Below are positions 38,801 through 53,800 of a DNA stretch of 64,000 bases, in pieces. A program made the translations under genes and the position numbers. The stretch lies in the NCBI GenBank assembly GCA_965649765.1, contig OZ287751.1:44268001-44332000 (forward strand), given 5' to 3'. Source of the stretch: Bispira polyomma (Eukaryota). Position 1 is the first letter of the stretch. Every line of letters begins with the position of its first letter. The notes under the pieces are model-generated. The model saw only the letters and a program-made list of their open reading frames with translations, searched no databases and had not been told where the DNA came from.

Positions 38801-41800
38801 CTTTACCATGCTTCTTCTTTCTAAGGGTCATTTTTATGATTAATATACCACACCTCTAATTGTGTTATATGCATCATTAACATGAATAATATACCCTAGC
38901 TATTATTTCACTTGAATTATAAGGACTCTGAAATGTGCCACATATCTGAAAAAAATTACCATCTATAAAATTTGGAATATAAGCCAAGTCAGCATTTTGA
39001 GTACACATGTCCAACTGGTGATAAATAATAGCATGTGTGAGCATATGTGAGTATTTCTAAATCTTGCAAAATATCTGCAATTTTATTTCGCATCAGATTT
39101 CAATATACATGTAAATTAAAACAATTAATATAAAGCAATAACATAAGCAATCTTATTATCTACAGAAAGGTTTTGATAGGAGCTTCTTGATTATAAATAG
39201 ATTTTTACAATTAATTCGACATAATGTAAATACATAATTTGTTTCAGTTATTTTTTAGTGGTTTGTTTATACCGAACCGAACTACACACACAGCGATTTA
39301 TACATGCGCACTCAAAATGCTGAATTGGCTTATCCCTGAAAACAGGATCCTCCTTAGTATCTAAATTTTATAGTGGGTTTCATTGGGCTAGAATTTTTTA
39401 ATTTTGGGATGTTAAAATTCATTCTTAGTAGACAGAAAGGTTGAATAATACTGGTTCTAGTTACAGAGAGTAAATTGTTGACAGTACATATACACCCTTT
39501 TGTTGGTGCCTGCCTATCCAACATAAATATTTTAGTTCTTATTTTATTTTCCGTATCTGTAATATTATTAAATCTTTGGCCTCTTAGCTGTTATTTCCTA
39601 TATTGATTGATTGTACTCACAAAAAGAGCAGGATTGTAGGGGAATCGCTCAATAGATCTATAGAGGTTTAGTGTTTCCCTAGCAGTGTAATGGTATCCAC
39701 TCCCCTGGGGGCCAAATGTGGATCAACAGCAATAAGTGCTGGCCATTTAGGCTGACACTAGTGTTGTCTTTTAATACCATAATGAACACAGTTAAAGACT
39801 TAGTCTGATCACTAACTTTTTGTTATCTTTGTTTTTCGAGGCAACAAAACATTATTGATATTGATATACAGTAGATAAAATGGAAAATGTTTAAAACAGA
39901 TGCTTACATCTCTGTAGTTTTCCTTTATGACTATAAAATTTATAATTCAGCTGAGCCAATATTGATTAAAACCCCCACATATCTTAAATCTCAAATCTGA
40001 TTTTCTTATATGGAACTATATTTAAAGCATGACTGTATACTCAAATTAATTGTGGGTAAAAAATACAAGGCCTTAAGAATGGATTATTTTAAGAAACAAA
40101 AATTTAATTCAGGGCCTTCATTTGAGTTGAGCAAGAGTTTATGAAAAATAACCTGTTGCTGCAGAAGTTTACACCATTCACACTAGTGTGTCAGTAGACT
40201 GTCCTTTGCATAGAACATAGCACTTCAGCATCATGAACTTTCTGTCAATAGACTACATTAATACTCTGGAAATTCTATAAAAATTACAGATTTAAACTAT
40301 AGTAATAGTAGTCCTTAGCATACGAACAGAGCATTTTAGCATCATAAACATTCTATTCTGTAAATCCACAGATAAAAAAACTGCTTTGTCTATGGTACAG
40401 CATTCAGCACCAAAAGTTATTCCTTGTAACTATATCTTTGGTCCAATAGTTGATTACTCTATTTTGTTAAACTTGAGGGTCACATTGGTGTAAATGTATA
40501 TTTATTTATTGTAGATCACTTGAGTTCTGTGCATTTTTATAGTGCTTGTTCTGGCATTTTATGCAATTGCAAAAACAAAAGTATATATGAGGCCATTATG
40601 AAAAGCGAGGCATCTTTGGTGGAGTGTGAGTTTGGAATCTGAAAGTGTTCAGTTCATGGGAATATATACCTATCAGTAGTCAAGTGGTTGACATTAAAGT
40701 GGAAAACCTACATTAGTGCAATTAGCAGGAAATTGATGACAACCTACAGTTATAAGCAAAGACTCATGCAAATGAAAAAAATAAATGAGGTCATTAGGAA
40801 AAGCCAGAAGTATTTCTTTAGTGCGAGTCTAAAATTTGAAATTTTTTTCAATCTGTGGGAATATACCAATATTCAAGGGATTCACATTAAAGTGTCAAAC
40901 CCTTACATTAGTGCAATTAGTAGGAGTAGAATTGCTGTAGTTCTGGACAACCTATATTCAAATTTGAAAGATGTTCTGAACCTGAATCTTACAGATCTAC
41001 ACATAATACAAAGCCTGTGTCGTGAGTTATCAGTACACTTTTTATCTTTTAGTCTGTTAATCTGGATCTTACTATGTCTGAAGGCCATTTCACATTTTGG
41101 GTCCTATGCATCCAACTATATTATAATGTCTAATATTTTCAAATGTTGCCATAAAATATTCGACTTGCTTAGTGCCAATAATATACCAAAGACAGTGGCA
41201 GTATTGACACATAAGTGTCCTAACTAACAGTACAAAACTACATTCTTCATTATATATTCTTCATTGAGCAGCTGCTGTTACTTATTTAGAGAATAATACA
41301 CAGTCTGCACGCGTCATTTTATTTATCAAAATAATGTTGAACTTATTTTGCTCAGATGATTAGAAATATTTAAGTTGTATTTAAAATATATGCAATTTCC
41401 TGTTTTTTTTTACCCATTACTGTAAGTTCTAGATCCACATACAAATACATCTATATAATATATAATAAAAACTCTTAATTTTACAGATACGAGTATTCAC
41501 ATTTCTGATTGGTCGAGAAGTTGGTGAATCTAAGCAAGTGAAGTGGATGGCCTGTGCAAATAAAGGTAACATGATACTCTAATCAGTCTAATGGGAATTG
41601 GATACTGGCCTCTTCACCAAATTGATTGCAGGTTCAAATCCTGTTCGTTCCTTCAAACTTGATTGTTTGCTTGTTACCAAAACTAACCATGTTGTAAAAC
41701 AAGTCTTGAAAGTCATTTGTGAAAGCTTTTTAATACTTACTTTATGCATACACTCAAATTTTAAACATTTTAGAGTTGGCAACAGACTTGCTGAAGTCTG

Positions 41801-44800
41801 GTGGTTTGTAGAGCAGAAATCCTGACCAACTACCCTGTTCCCCTTCCACCCATCACAAATAAGCTGCCTACCATGGCATCATTATTAATGCAAAGATGTT
41901 AAAGGCAACATTGAACCCAAACTAAACGAACACAAACATTTTACTGTTGCAAATGAGCTCTGTGGATATGGGAAAAAGTTTTGAGCAGACAGCCCAGTGT
42001 TATATTAATATAACAAAAAACGGTCTTCACCATCACCTCTATCCTATCCATCCATTTAAAGAGTGACTCAAAAGATTGATCTAACTCACAGTGTGTGAAT
42101 TTTGTATTTTTGTCATGTCATGAGATAAGAAGTAATGGGCAGAAATCAGGAGGTTCGTCCCAGAGATGTAGTGTTGTAAGAGGACTAGACCTTAGGGCCA
42201 CAGAGGGGAGAACCAAGGGCATAGACATAATTACCATTGAGATGCTTCTTCTTTAATGTGACTCAGCTGATCTGTAGCTTCATAAGGTATTCAAGTAGAA
42301 ATCTGAGATAAGAGATTTCAAAGAACACGAGTGTCACAAACACATGCTGCTGATGGTTCCTGGGCATTTAGCTTTTATGTACTTACTGATAGCAAATCAA
42401 GCTTTAATGTTTTTTCACTCAATATGTTCATGCACTTGTCCCTCTTTTTGTATAGGTTACTACTCCCATATTTCAACACTTGCAGATGTTCATGAACATG
42501 TCCAGGTATGTAGTTACATGTAGTACTGAGGGAAATATCATTTGCATATGTCATAATTATATCAATATATTTTTAACAAGTAAGTCAAGAACTTGTAATA
42601 TACTTTTTTAACAAATAAGCGATTTCCATATTATTATTTTCTTTTTGCTTTTTTAATGAAAGTATATAAAACTATTTGATTAAATGGTTGTGTTGGATTT
42701 TAACTAAACAGGTATTGAACATATACCCAGCAAGTTGATATATACATGTAGTTAAACTGTAACACATAGTTTAATAACTCAACAATATGTAAAACTTAGT
42801 TTTTCTTATGTCATTGCATACCATACACGCAGTTTCTTGTAGATTTAAAATGTTCTTCTCTTGTAACATAGAGTGAATTATATAATTGTCATTATAAAAT
42901 AAAATAATGATATCATCGAAGTAACATCAAGAGCAATGTTGGCTGTGTTGAGTACATATAAAATGCATTTTATCATTTTATAGACATCAATATTTTCTGT
43001 ACTAAAAATCCTTAACAAATTACAAAAGGGAGGATGGGACATTGTTAGAGAAAAGGCTGCAGTGGCCTAGTGGCTAGAAGTGTTGGTTTCACAAATGTGA
43101 GTTTGAATCCTGTATGCCCTTTTATATGGGAAAGTTTGCCAGGTACTTGCCGTAGGTCGCTTGTTTGTACAGCGCTTCAGCACTGGCTTCCTCCATCATT
43201 AAGTTTGGCCGTAGTGCTATGACCTAAGCTGTTAACAGCGTTATGAAACCCAACTAAATCCAAATAAAAACTAAAGTTAGAGAAAATAATGTATTTTATG
43301 AAGAGAATGTATGTAACATTGACTTTTTTGTTTAAACTGTACCTTTTATTGTGCAACACTAAAATGACAAAAATACTGCTGGAATGTGAGATTTACTTGT
43401 CTGCCATTATAGTTCAGTATTGTATTTGCTGAAATATTGCCATTCTGAGATCTTAAAATCTTTAAAGAGGGAGGGGCAATTATTAGAGGGTCAGACTTTT
43501 ATTACAGAAAATATGGTGAAGTATGGTATAATATTATTTAAATGACATTCTATATTAGAATTAATAAAAGCTAGAATATAGTGAAAATGCATTTGATTCT
43601 GTAGACACAAAAAATAGTGGAATTTATATTTTATGTTACCTGTCATATAAATTATATTGTAATAAAAATAATGGATATTAAAAAATAAGTAATTCCTTTT
43701 TACTGTAGCTTTATCATAGTTTCCCTTCTACTCTTGATAATAAAATTTTGTATAAATCATTTACTGTTTGGAAATGTTACATTTTACTGGCTTTGGTTGA
43801 TTATGTTGACATATATATATTTTCAGTAGAACCTGTGTCATATGAACTTCTATTATCCAATATTAATTGATCTAAATATTAACTGATTCTGTTGCTGTGT
43901 TTTAGAAATACGTGTTAAAATGCAAAATACAATCCCATATTCAATTTATAAACTCAAGTTTACACTCTCATATAGAAAGTTTTCTACTTTTTGTACCAAA
44001 ATGGCTCTTTTATTTTATAAACCTTGCTCCTATTCAGACATATTTACTTTCCCAAAGTGTTCAGATAAAAGAGGTTCTACTGTATGTAATATTCAGTTAT
44101 CAAGCCAACCTTATTTTGCTTACTTTGTCCTTTTATAGAATACCAATATCTAGTACAAACCCTAGTTGTATTTCAATTTTGTAATGTATCTGCTTATGGT
44201 TTAATATTATTTTGTTAACCTTTTTAAAAATGAATACTTAGATTTTAAGATACATTTTTATTCCCTGTTTAAGACATACCTTAATTTTGAAATATATTTT
44301 ACATATATTTTACTTTTTTTTGTCTCACTGATATAACTAAGGATGTTATTTCTACATATCTAGATAGACTGATCAATAAGCTGAGAGACTTTTCATTGGT
44401 AATTACCAGTAATTAATGACTGTATGTCTATAACCACTCTTTGAAGATGTTCCTCACATTTGGTACAAATATTCATTAGTAACTCCTGGTGTGATCTCAT
44501 TTTGACCTTTGACTTTAAATCAAAGAGCTTGACCTAAAGACATTTTTTCTGAACTATATTAACTACTTCCCATAGAAACTTCCTATTTTGTACAATTATT
44601 TATTAGGGACTGTAGTAGATATGCAGCACCATGCTCTGACCTCATTATGGTGTCTGACCTTGTAGTTATGATCCTGACCTGAAACATTTGTTTTCAGACT
44701 ATATCTCTAACTCCTTACTACTTTATGTCAGCAACTACTATAGGAAATGAATGGTTTCTCCTTCCCTCTTTTATTGTACAACTATTGCACTCAGAAGCTG

Positions 44801-47800
44801 TAGCTGTTGGGTTACAGCTTCGCCCAAAAACTAAGAGAAAATTGTTTACAAAGGTCATGAATTAGAAATCACAAATTTAAGATATTATGGTATCCTTTGT
44901 TTATACTAACTATAATATATTGACCCCTGGTTATCACATATGGATATGAAGCCAGTGATGTGTGTGTGGGGGGGGGGCTTTAGAACTCAGGTGGTAGTCA
45001 ATATACGTATAAAAATAATAATAATCTAGTGTACCCTTTACCTTAGGATTACATCCATGTGATGAGTCGGCCCATGGTTATCAAACGGGCTAGGCCCACC
45101 ACTTGGACCAGTGTCTATGTAGATGAAGCGGTAGGTGGTGGATATGTGTATAGAGTTTAACTCTCTCTGTTACTTAGACAATAACCATCTACACCTTGTA
45201 CAGTAGACTCTGGAGATTGTCTAATATACCCAGGATTGGGTCCTGGCTGTTCAAATTCCACTTATTAATTGAATTAGGAAAATGGGAAAAGATTACAAAA
45301 ATGGCCGCTAGTTGTATAAAAATCCGACTTCTAATGGCTCTAGAGAGTCTACTGTACCTAGGTAGTATTATAAACACACCAGGGATGTGGTATTCACAAA
45401 AGGTTTTAGTCTTAACCATTAATTGGTGGTCTGAGCTGTTGACCATCAATGTCAATATTTTGGTCTTTAACTCCTAGCAACATTAAAAATAGATTTTAGC
45501 ATGGCGCTAACTGTGTTTGTCGGACTAAGAGTCTAAGAAAAATCCAAGGAATTTTGTAATATTCCAAAAAATAATCTCAGGTTTAAGCTTAAGTAAAGAC
45601 TGAGCCCTTTAGTGAATACTGGCCAAGGTCATCAGGCTTTGACTTCTATCTTGTATCAGCTCATGTTGCTTGTGACAATTATATAGTCTTGAATGATGAC
45701 TTTAGAGGGGGGTTGTATAAGGTAGTGTGACAATGTTAGTTAACTTGATGACTTCTTTGTTAATTTGATTATACATACTTATTCTGTGGACATACATTCC
45801 AACCCCTTTCAGTAGAATTCTGCATGGTTCCTTAAGATGCGACTTTTCCATTCCTCTGTTGCTATTTTATGGTGTAACTTTGATATTATAACAATACACC
45901 AAAGTAAGTTTAGATTGAATTCAAAAATCAAGTATTGACTCTACCCATATAAAAGCCTTAACAGGTCTTACAAGTTGCAACTGTAATGACCTTTTCCATA
46001 TAAAAAGTTTTACAATTGGACCCACCTTTTCTCTATCGAAGGTTTTACAACTTGCAAGAGCATGATTGCCTTTTGGTGAAAAAGGTAGGCTTTGTTAGTC
46101 AAAGAGTGAGTCAAAGCTTGGCCAAGTAACCCCTGGAGACTGGGTCACACACATTCTACATGGAGAATAATCAAAATATATATATCCAATCAGTTTATGG
46201 TAGCTTCACAATAATATGACAATTGATCTATCAATTTCCTAGCTATACATTTTTGTGCAAATTATGCAGAAAAAGTTAGGAATCAACTTACCTATAGGGA
46301 GAAAGACAGTAAGATATGTGTCACTGAACTGTTTAAGAGAAGCAGCCATAAACTGAAATAGGTGTACTTAGGAGAGTTAAAATCTTTGTACAATGACATG
46401 TTTTTCTGTTGTATTATCTGCATTCTGTGTGTTAGGGCTGGTATTCTTGAAGTAAATTCATGCTTAAACTCATACTCGGCTCGGATATAGGCTTTTTAGA
46501 AATGGAAATAACCTGTACTTATGACCATTCGTTTTAATAGAGCTATCATCACTGAATTCAAATATAAAGTCAGATTTTATATATGTTTACAGAATCCAGA
46601 GTTGTAGAGAATCCTGATTTGAGTTGAGTTTGAGCTGAATATAGGTCCGAGAATATAGCCCAAGATCTTTTCTACACACAATATTATTCCGTATTGGTGA
46701 CTCTATGTATAATCTGCTTTACATTACACACTCTCCTGCACAGATTATAGTGGTTCTAATTCTCTCTGTTTGCACTACATGCACCCATTTTACTTACAGA
46801 GGCAGATAACTAATACATGTACTTCCAAGGGGTATGGGTGTTATTGTATATTTATTGCACTGCTATTTAAGTAAACTTTGTCTATATCAGAGCAGCATCT
46901 GCCAGTTAGACCACTGTTTTTGGAGGCCATCTTTCCACAAACAACGCTTGTTCCAATTCCCTCAGCAATAACATCTCACATTTTGAACTGAAGACCATAT
47001 TTTTTATCAAACTTTTTACTAAATCTTCCCTTTGTCAGTTTCTGTTTTTGCAAATTTGCTTTTAAATGGACAGTGAATGTCACTGCTTCGTTCATGCGGA
47101 AAACTTCACCAGGTACTTGCCATAGGTTGATAAATTCCAGTAAAAATGGGACTACCTTAACCAGTAAATGCAGCTGTAAGAAAATAGAGAGTACTGTAAA
47201 ATACCAAATAATCATCACTACTCTTTCTGTACGTATTACTATGCATTTTTCCCATGTGGAACTTTAAAATGACAAATTAACTGTAGTTTTGTGTAATATT
47301 GGGGACAAGCTGCTTGTATCTTTGAATGATTGACTGACCATATTTTCTTTCATTTCTGTCTCTAATATGTCTTGATATAAGTGTAAACTTTCTCTTTAAA
47401 TGTGACCTAATGAGAATGAAACTTGTCAAGTACATGTACATTATAGAAAATCCAATCATTTTAATTATGGTGCTTATTATATGATTAGATTTATAATGGC
47501 CTAGAATGTATTACCTGTTCTAGTGTAGATCTCCATCAAGCACATTATATTGCCTTCCTTCAGCGACATCAAAAGACCTTGTTTTCCTCAGTGCTGCAAA
47601 CTATACTTTAACCCAAATGTAGACATATAGCCCTGTAATTAATTTCAATTTAATTTTCTTATAAATTTTCCATTTTTGGTGGAACTACTTTATTGAAATA
47701 ATCAAACACAAATATATATTGGGACGTCTTATTTTTACTCCTAATTCCGCAAATTTTTGTTTCTAATTTCACAAATTTGGTTGAGATATGTGATCACAAA

Positions 47801-50800
47801 AAAAGAGCAAGATACTCATGCACTATTATTGTATGCTAGTTTTGTGGTTTTGTGTCTGTTACTGGTTAGAGGTACCTCTTTTGTTTAGCAGTATAATTCA
47901 TATTGCTGTCTTGTTGTCAAATTTATTTGAAATATGCATATGTGTGTGTATATATATGAAAAACATAACAATGTTTATATGTGAAATATCAGTTTCTACA
48001 TTTCATTTCATCCATCATTGCAAGATGTTATTTAGTTTATGGTTAGTTCATATGGACAATTAAAATATCTGCTGTATACACATGACATACCTATATCTAA
48101 TACTACATGGCACACCTTCTAATGGTACATGACATACCTATATTTAATACTACATGGCATACCTGTCTAATGGTACATGACATACCTATTATATCTAATA
48201 GTAACTGTACATCCCCCACACAGGATTACATTGGAGTGGTCAGTCGGCCTATGGTGATTGCTAGACCTGACATTTCAGTCTGGACACCAGTCTATTTATC
48301 TGCCATTTCAGATAATAGTGAGGTTTGTCACTGATTTCTTTCTGTTCTACTGGAACAGAGTAACTGTATAATCCCTTTAGATATATCTATAGGTGGGGGA
48401 GTTTTAAGTACTTTGTGTATGGTGTTTACTGGTGATAGAATAAATGGTTTATTACTAAAACCTCCATATAGTGAACATTCATGGGACCCCGCCAAAATAT
48501 TACCTATAAAGGGGTGTTCACTATTTAGAGGTACTGTACATTTCACCAGTATCAAAAGGGGACTGTGAAAAAGTGTTCACTATAGGGAAGTCTTGACTAG
48601 TCAGAGTTGTTTTCCCAACAGCTTTATGATATATATTTATGGGCTTGTAAATTAATTATTATTTTATCTGATCCTAAAAAATTTTGTACATACTTTCTGG
48701 TGCAGTTTTTAAAAAGGTTTACATGCAATCAAAGTTTGAATATATGAAGGTAAAGGTAAATATTAGTTGCTGATCAAATCTTTGTAGTGTGAACATTGCC
48801 AACATTTGTTTGAAATGTGTGATACATTTTCAGCAGCAATAGTATTTAATGTATTCTGTGTAGCGCCTCATTACTAAGGGAACAATACCTATATTCTATA
48901 GAGATCTACTTTCTTTATTCTGCTATAAAAGTTTTTAACATATTTTGCATTTATTCATTTATTTGCATGGCAATCAAACGTTATGCTCAAAACAAACTTT
49001 TTTTTAGTTTTCCTGTAAATATGAATAACAATTTTTCTCCCATTTTGCCCTGATTCATAATAAACCCTATTTAAATTTGCCAACTTTTGTATTGGTAAAT
49101 CATTTAGCAATGCAGTTGATCATCAAAAATATTTGAAGGACATTTACAAATCGCTTTCTTTGATGCTGCCTCCTTTTTATTAGGATCCTGTATCAGTTAT
49201 TGCCAGACCATTGATCCAAGCAAGTAAGGATCGCTTCGTTTGGCCTTCTTCTGTCCTAGTAGATGAGCGAGGAGTCTCGGTATACACACATTTTTTCTTC
49301 TCTTATTTTGAATCCCACCAACTTTTTCTGCATCTTATCACCCTACAACCTCTTGTATAAAAAAACAGTCCCTATTTTACTAGAGGTTACCTTTGAATGT
49401 TTATACTCCCACTGAAGGCGAGTGGTTTTTGTTCTCACCTCAATTCTGACTAATAGTCTGCCAGCCTCTTTCTGGCAGCAGCACTTTGAGCGAACTTCTA
49501 CAGCAGAACCTCTATTATCTGAAGACCTTCGAAGAGTATGTTTAAGTATGGTAAATAGAGGATCATTAAAGAGAAGAGGCGGAGATCTAAATATATAAAT
49601 TGGGAGAGTGAAATTGAGTTCATAAAATTGAATATTTAGATTATAGGAGTTCAGATATCAGAGGTTCCACTGTGCCTCTAAAACAAGACTCAAGGATCTG
49701 TATTGCCTGACTCAGAAAACTATTGTTATCTTGGGTAGGATACCTTTTTCAAACATTTTTTTAAGATAGAAATTAGAGGTTACACTTTGATAATAGTGTA
49801 GTATTACCAAATGGTGCAGTGATAGACTAAATGACCTCTGCCAAGGAAGTTATGTTTTTGTCAGGTTCTGTTGAATTGTTTGTTTGTTTTTCATCGGGAT
49901 TACACATAAATTGGTAAGGTATATTCACTCTCCTATAAGTGGCCTTTTACTGGATATTTTTAAAGAAGGAAGCCCTAGTGATAACACCAACCTATTTCAA
50001 ATTTAACAATTATAGCATTGTGCTAAACGTTTTTGCAGCTTCTGGATTGGTCATGTAGTCACTCTTAACTTAAAAATGATTTAAAAAGGTGAACTATAGA
50101 GTTTTTTCCTCCCATCCGTCATAAAAGGTTTTTACTTCACTATAACATACTTTTTGTTTTTGTCTAATAGGGCTATGTATAGTTTCTAAATTTTAAAACA
50201 GTAGTTTGCTTTTATCACGGAAAAGTAAGTAGTTCTTTAAGTTGCCTGAATACCCAAGTCATTTTTGTTTTTAACCATTTTATCCATACATAACTATAAA
50301 ATCACCTTGTATGACACAGGTTGTGCATGACAATAGGTTCTCATCATACATCCAAAATATATCAGCTGACTAGACTAAAATTGTTAAAATTACATCTTAA
50401 ATAGATTCTTACTAACTCTGCATATAAATATATTTTGGAGTATAAAGTGAATCAGAAATTTCATGGTATTATAAAATGAATCTTTGTTTTGAAATATTTT
50501 AGGATTAATTAAGATTAATAATTGAATTGTGACGTTACAAGTTTGTGTTGTCAGAGTTTGTCTTCTTATAGTGTACTAACAATCAATCACATATAATGTA
50601 CACTGAAATCTGTGGTCTCTCTATCTCTCCAAACTAAACATATTCTAAAGAAACAAAGTTACATGAAATCTGACTGTGTATTCAATTTCAGCATTGAAAG
50701 CTCTACTACCAAAGTTGAATGGTTACAAGAATATTATGGCCACGTAGTGGGATCACGTAGTTGGATGTACACAAAATTCCATAAAAGCTTTTATCTGAGT

Positions 50801-53800
50801 GTTCTGTTTTATCTTTAGCTTATACAGAGAGTAGTCTTACATATTACTACACAAATTTTAAAACTAAACAGAGGTCAATTCTCCATTATATCTGTCGACT
50901 GTCTTTATTACTATAAGGGGCCGCGGTGGCCTAGTGGTTAGCAAGCATTGTGCTTCACAATCACTGGTCTCTCACCTCTGGGCGGCGTGAGTTCGAATCC
51001 CGTCGATGCCTATGTGGGAAAGGTGGTAGTTCCTTACTGTTGGCCGCTGGTTTCTCTGCAGAACCTTGACCGACTGTATGCAGTGTTTCCTCCAGCGTTT
51101 CCAACTACCCGTCCCAATATAACCTACTAAAAGGTACTAGAGTGGACGTTAAATATCCAAATTCAAATTCAAACTTTATTACTATAAAAGTTGCTGAGTC
51201 TTTTTGTCAATCTTTAGTACATGCATCTCTTATCTACTGCACATGAGAAAACTATGGCTGAAATATCAAGTCATTTAGCTGGCCATAATGCCAAGGTGTA
51301 GAGGGTAAGATTCTCGCATTTCGCTCCTTTGTAGTCGGGGCTCCATTCTCGGCCACATGTAGCATATGTGCTTGAAAACTGGCAGTTGATGAAGGCAGGT
51401 GGTTTGTAGTGCAGGAAACTTTGACCATCTACCCTGTACAGTACATCCTTCCACCAATAAGCTGCCTTTGGAATATAATATGCAGTTCTTGAAAGCGACA
51501 TTTAACTAAAATAAATCTAACTTTATTACAAGGATTATTGGCATTTGTATCAATATCATATGTCATAAGTTTGCACACCTGAGTAACAAACTGACAAGAG
51601 CAACTCGGTGAACTTATGATGTCAGTATCTTGTGGTAGATGTTATAATATTTACTTGTATATACCACTCTCTCTGAATAGCCCATGGGCTTTTAGCTTAA
51701 ATTTTCAAGGAAATGTAGGGCATGGGCCCTAAAGAGAATGTGCTTTCCAGTTCCAATTTAAACTGTTATGTATAGAAAACTATGGGGTGGTCTATTATGA
51801 AAGCTTGGGCTTTACAAAGAGATCGAGTTCGCTGTATATATACATGTATATATAAATGTTGTGTTAGTAGGTTTTTGTTGTACATTTCACCATGTTATAA
51901 GTTGTACATACACTATTTAAACAATATAAAGCTGGTCAAGCTTGTTGCAGCAATTTGCAATGACCAATTGTTACCAAAAGTAAAAATCATCCAATCTTGT
52001 TCAACGCATTACTTTAATAGCTATAGAAGTGCATGATGTATGGCTTCAGTAATTGATAAAGGCAGCATTTGTATCTAAATTTATTAATTACACATGTTAT
52101 TGGTCCAAAAGTGCTTTGATTTCTATAGAAGCATAACAGTCAAGACGGAATGGTCACCAAAGAATTTCAGCTCTTCTGGTTATGTCTAATAGTTGCTATT
52201 TATAGATACTGCACACTTATTTAATGTTTAAATGTAATTTAAAATTACTGATACGTTGAGCTTCCTATTGTAAAAACAATAATAACTTTTTATGTCTTGA
52301 GAATAAACTATGTTTTTTTTTAAATTCACAAAAATATAGTTACACGTATAAATATTACACATAATGAAACAGTTGATAATTCCGTTTAGTTAAAATGGTT
52401 AAAATGTACTATGTTTTGTCATTGAAAGTAAAAAAACCAAACCTGTGTAAGTTATTTAGTGACATGTATAGCAATATTACTAATGTTACAAAGCTAGGCT
52501 GACTTTGCTGGCATCTGTTAAATAAAACTCAAAGCAAAAGGATAGAAGAAATGCTGAGTAAATTAGAAGTGATTAATAATGCATAAGGTATTCTTAACTT
52601 TTTGTATGTTTATCACTTTCCTTCCTGTTTCAAGTTTTGCACCTTAAAACAAAACTAGTCTTGCATACCATTTTTCTTTAACAATACGGTGTACCTTCAT
52701 AACGTTATATATATTAACATGCATACCTGTATTTTATTCTAGAACAATATTTACATGTTAATAGCTCCTGTTTTCTGTTTTCTTTATTTTTGATCTCTTT
52801 ATTTTGCTGTGGTGTGCGGTTGGACTTAATTTCTACACACTATTATACACACGTTCTGAAAACAGCACGCCAGTGAGGTAAATGATGTGAATGCATGACA
52901 AAGTAGCATGAAGTTAATGCATGAATAGCGTGAAGCCCTGCTTCTATGTAATGTGTGTACATCATCTGTATATATCATATGTATACGCCATATGTATACA
53001 TCATATGTACAGGTCATATGTTCACGTCATATGTACACATCATATGTATACATCATATGTACACGTTATATGTATACATCATATGTACACGTCATATGTT
53101 CACGTCATATGTACACATCATATGTATACATCATATGTACACGTCATATGTATACGTCATATGTACAAGTCATATGTTTGACCTCCTTGTATATAGTTCT
53201 TTACAGTGTTTCCAAGCATCTCTATACATCATCCATTAAAAAGTGTGAGTGATTTTTGGAGACATATAAATGGCATATGATAATTCTGCTGTATATATCG
53301 TGAAGTAATTGATGTTTCTTTATTGGCGGGTTGGTTTGACATAAACGGATGACAGACACACATGGATGAAAACAGGGCTTCACACATAGTGTACTATATA
53401 TGTTGTAATATGTTTTTGTGCTACTACCCTTCAGCTTTCAACTATTTTAACTACTTGCACTTTGCTGTTTGAACTGATTGATGTACACTTACCATTATCC
53501 ATTCTATTTCATTAGATATTACTGTATAGTAGTTAAACTTCAGGACTTAACTTCAAGAGACTCCAGTGTATACAGAAGCCAGAATAGTTACAAACATTGC
53601 TAAATCCTGACATATAACACCTGTTCTCAGAAGTCTTCATTGGTTGCCCATTAGATATCGGGTTATATTCAAGACTGCCACATTAGTCTATACATTTTAG
53701 ACCGTATTTGTCTCCATACACATGTCAAGCCCGGACAAGCCGCACAAGTCTTTTTAATCCTGAGAAGGTTTCCCTTCATAAATATACTTCATGTACCAGT

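Noticed and set aside
40688-41227. 179-aa ORF
   Set aside because: No recognisable motif; AT-rich intronic sequence with an internal duplication.
44341-44397. AG|GAT...|GTAATT 57-nt open frame ([19 protein letters not shown]) as a fourth cluster-2 exon
   Set aside because: Lacks the RP and W landmarks and has a weak AAG acceptor; a non-homologous cassette cannot be excluded without RNA data.
45131-45192. Hairpin or docking pairing involving the 2A donor (gtaggtggt with accatctac; tgtgtata with tatacaca near 2B and 2C)
   Set aside because: Only 8-9 bp matches, expected by chance; needs comparative covariation evidence.
46800-46831. Possible microexon within cluster 2
   Set aside because: 32 nt would shift the frame, and there is no homology.
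50917-51000. tRNA gene
   Set aside because: The A/B boxes belong to a SINE head with a body, tail and TSD; no proper cloverleaf.
52826-53252. His/Cys/Tyr-rich ORFs in four frames
   Set aside because: Artefact of the 13-bp minisatellite.
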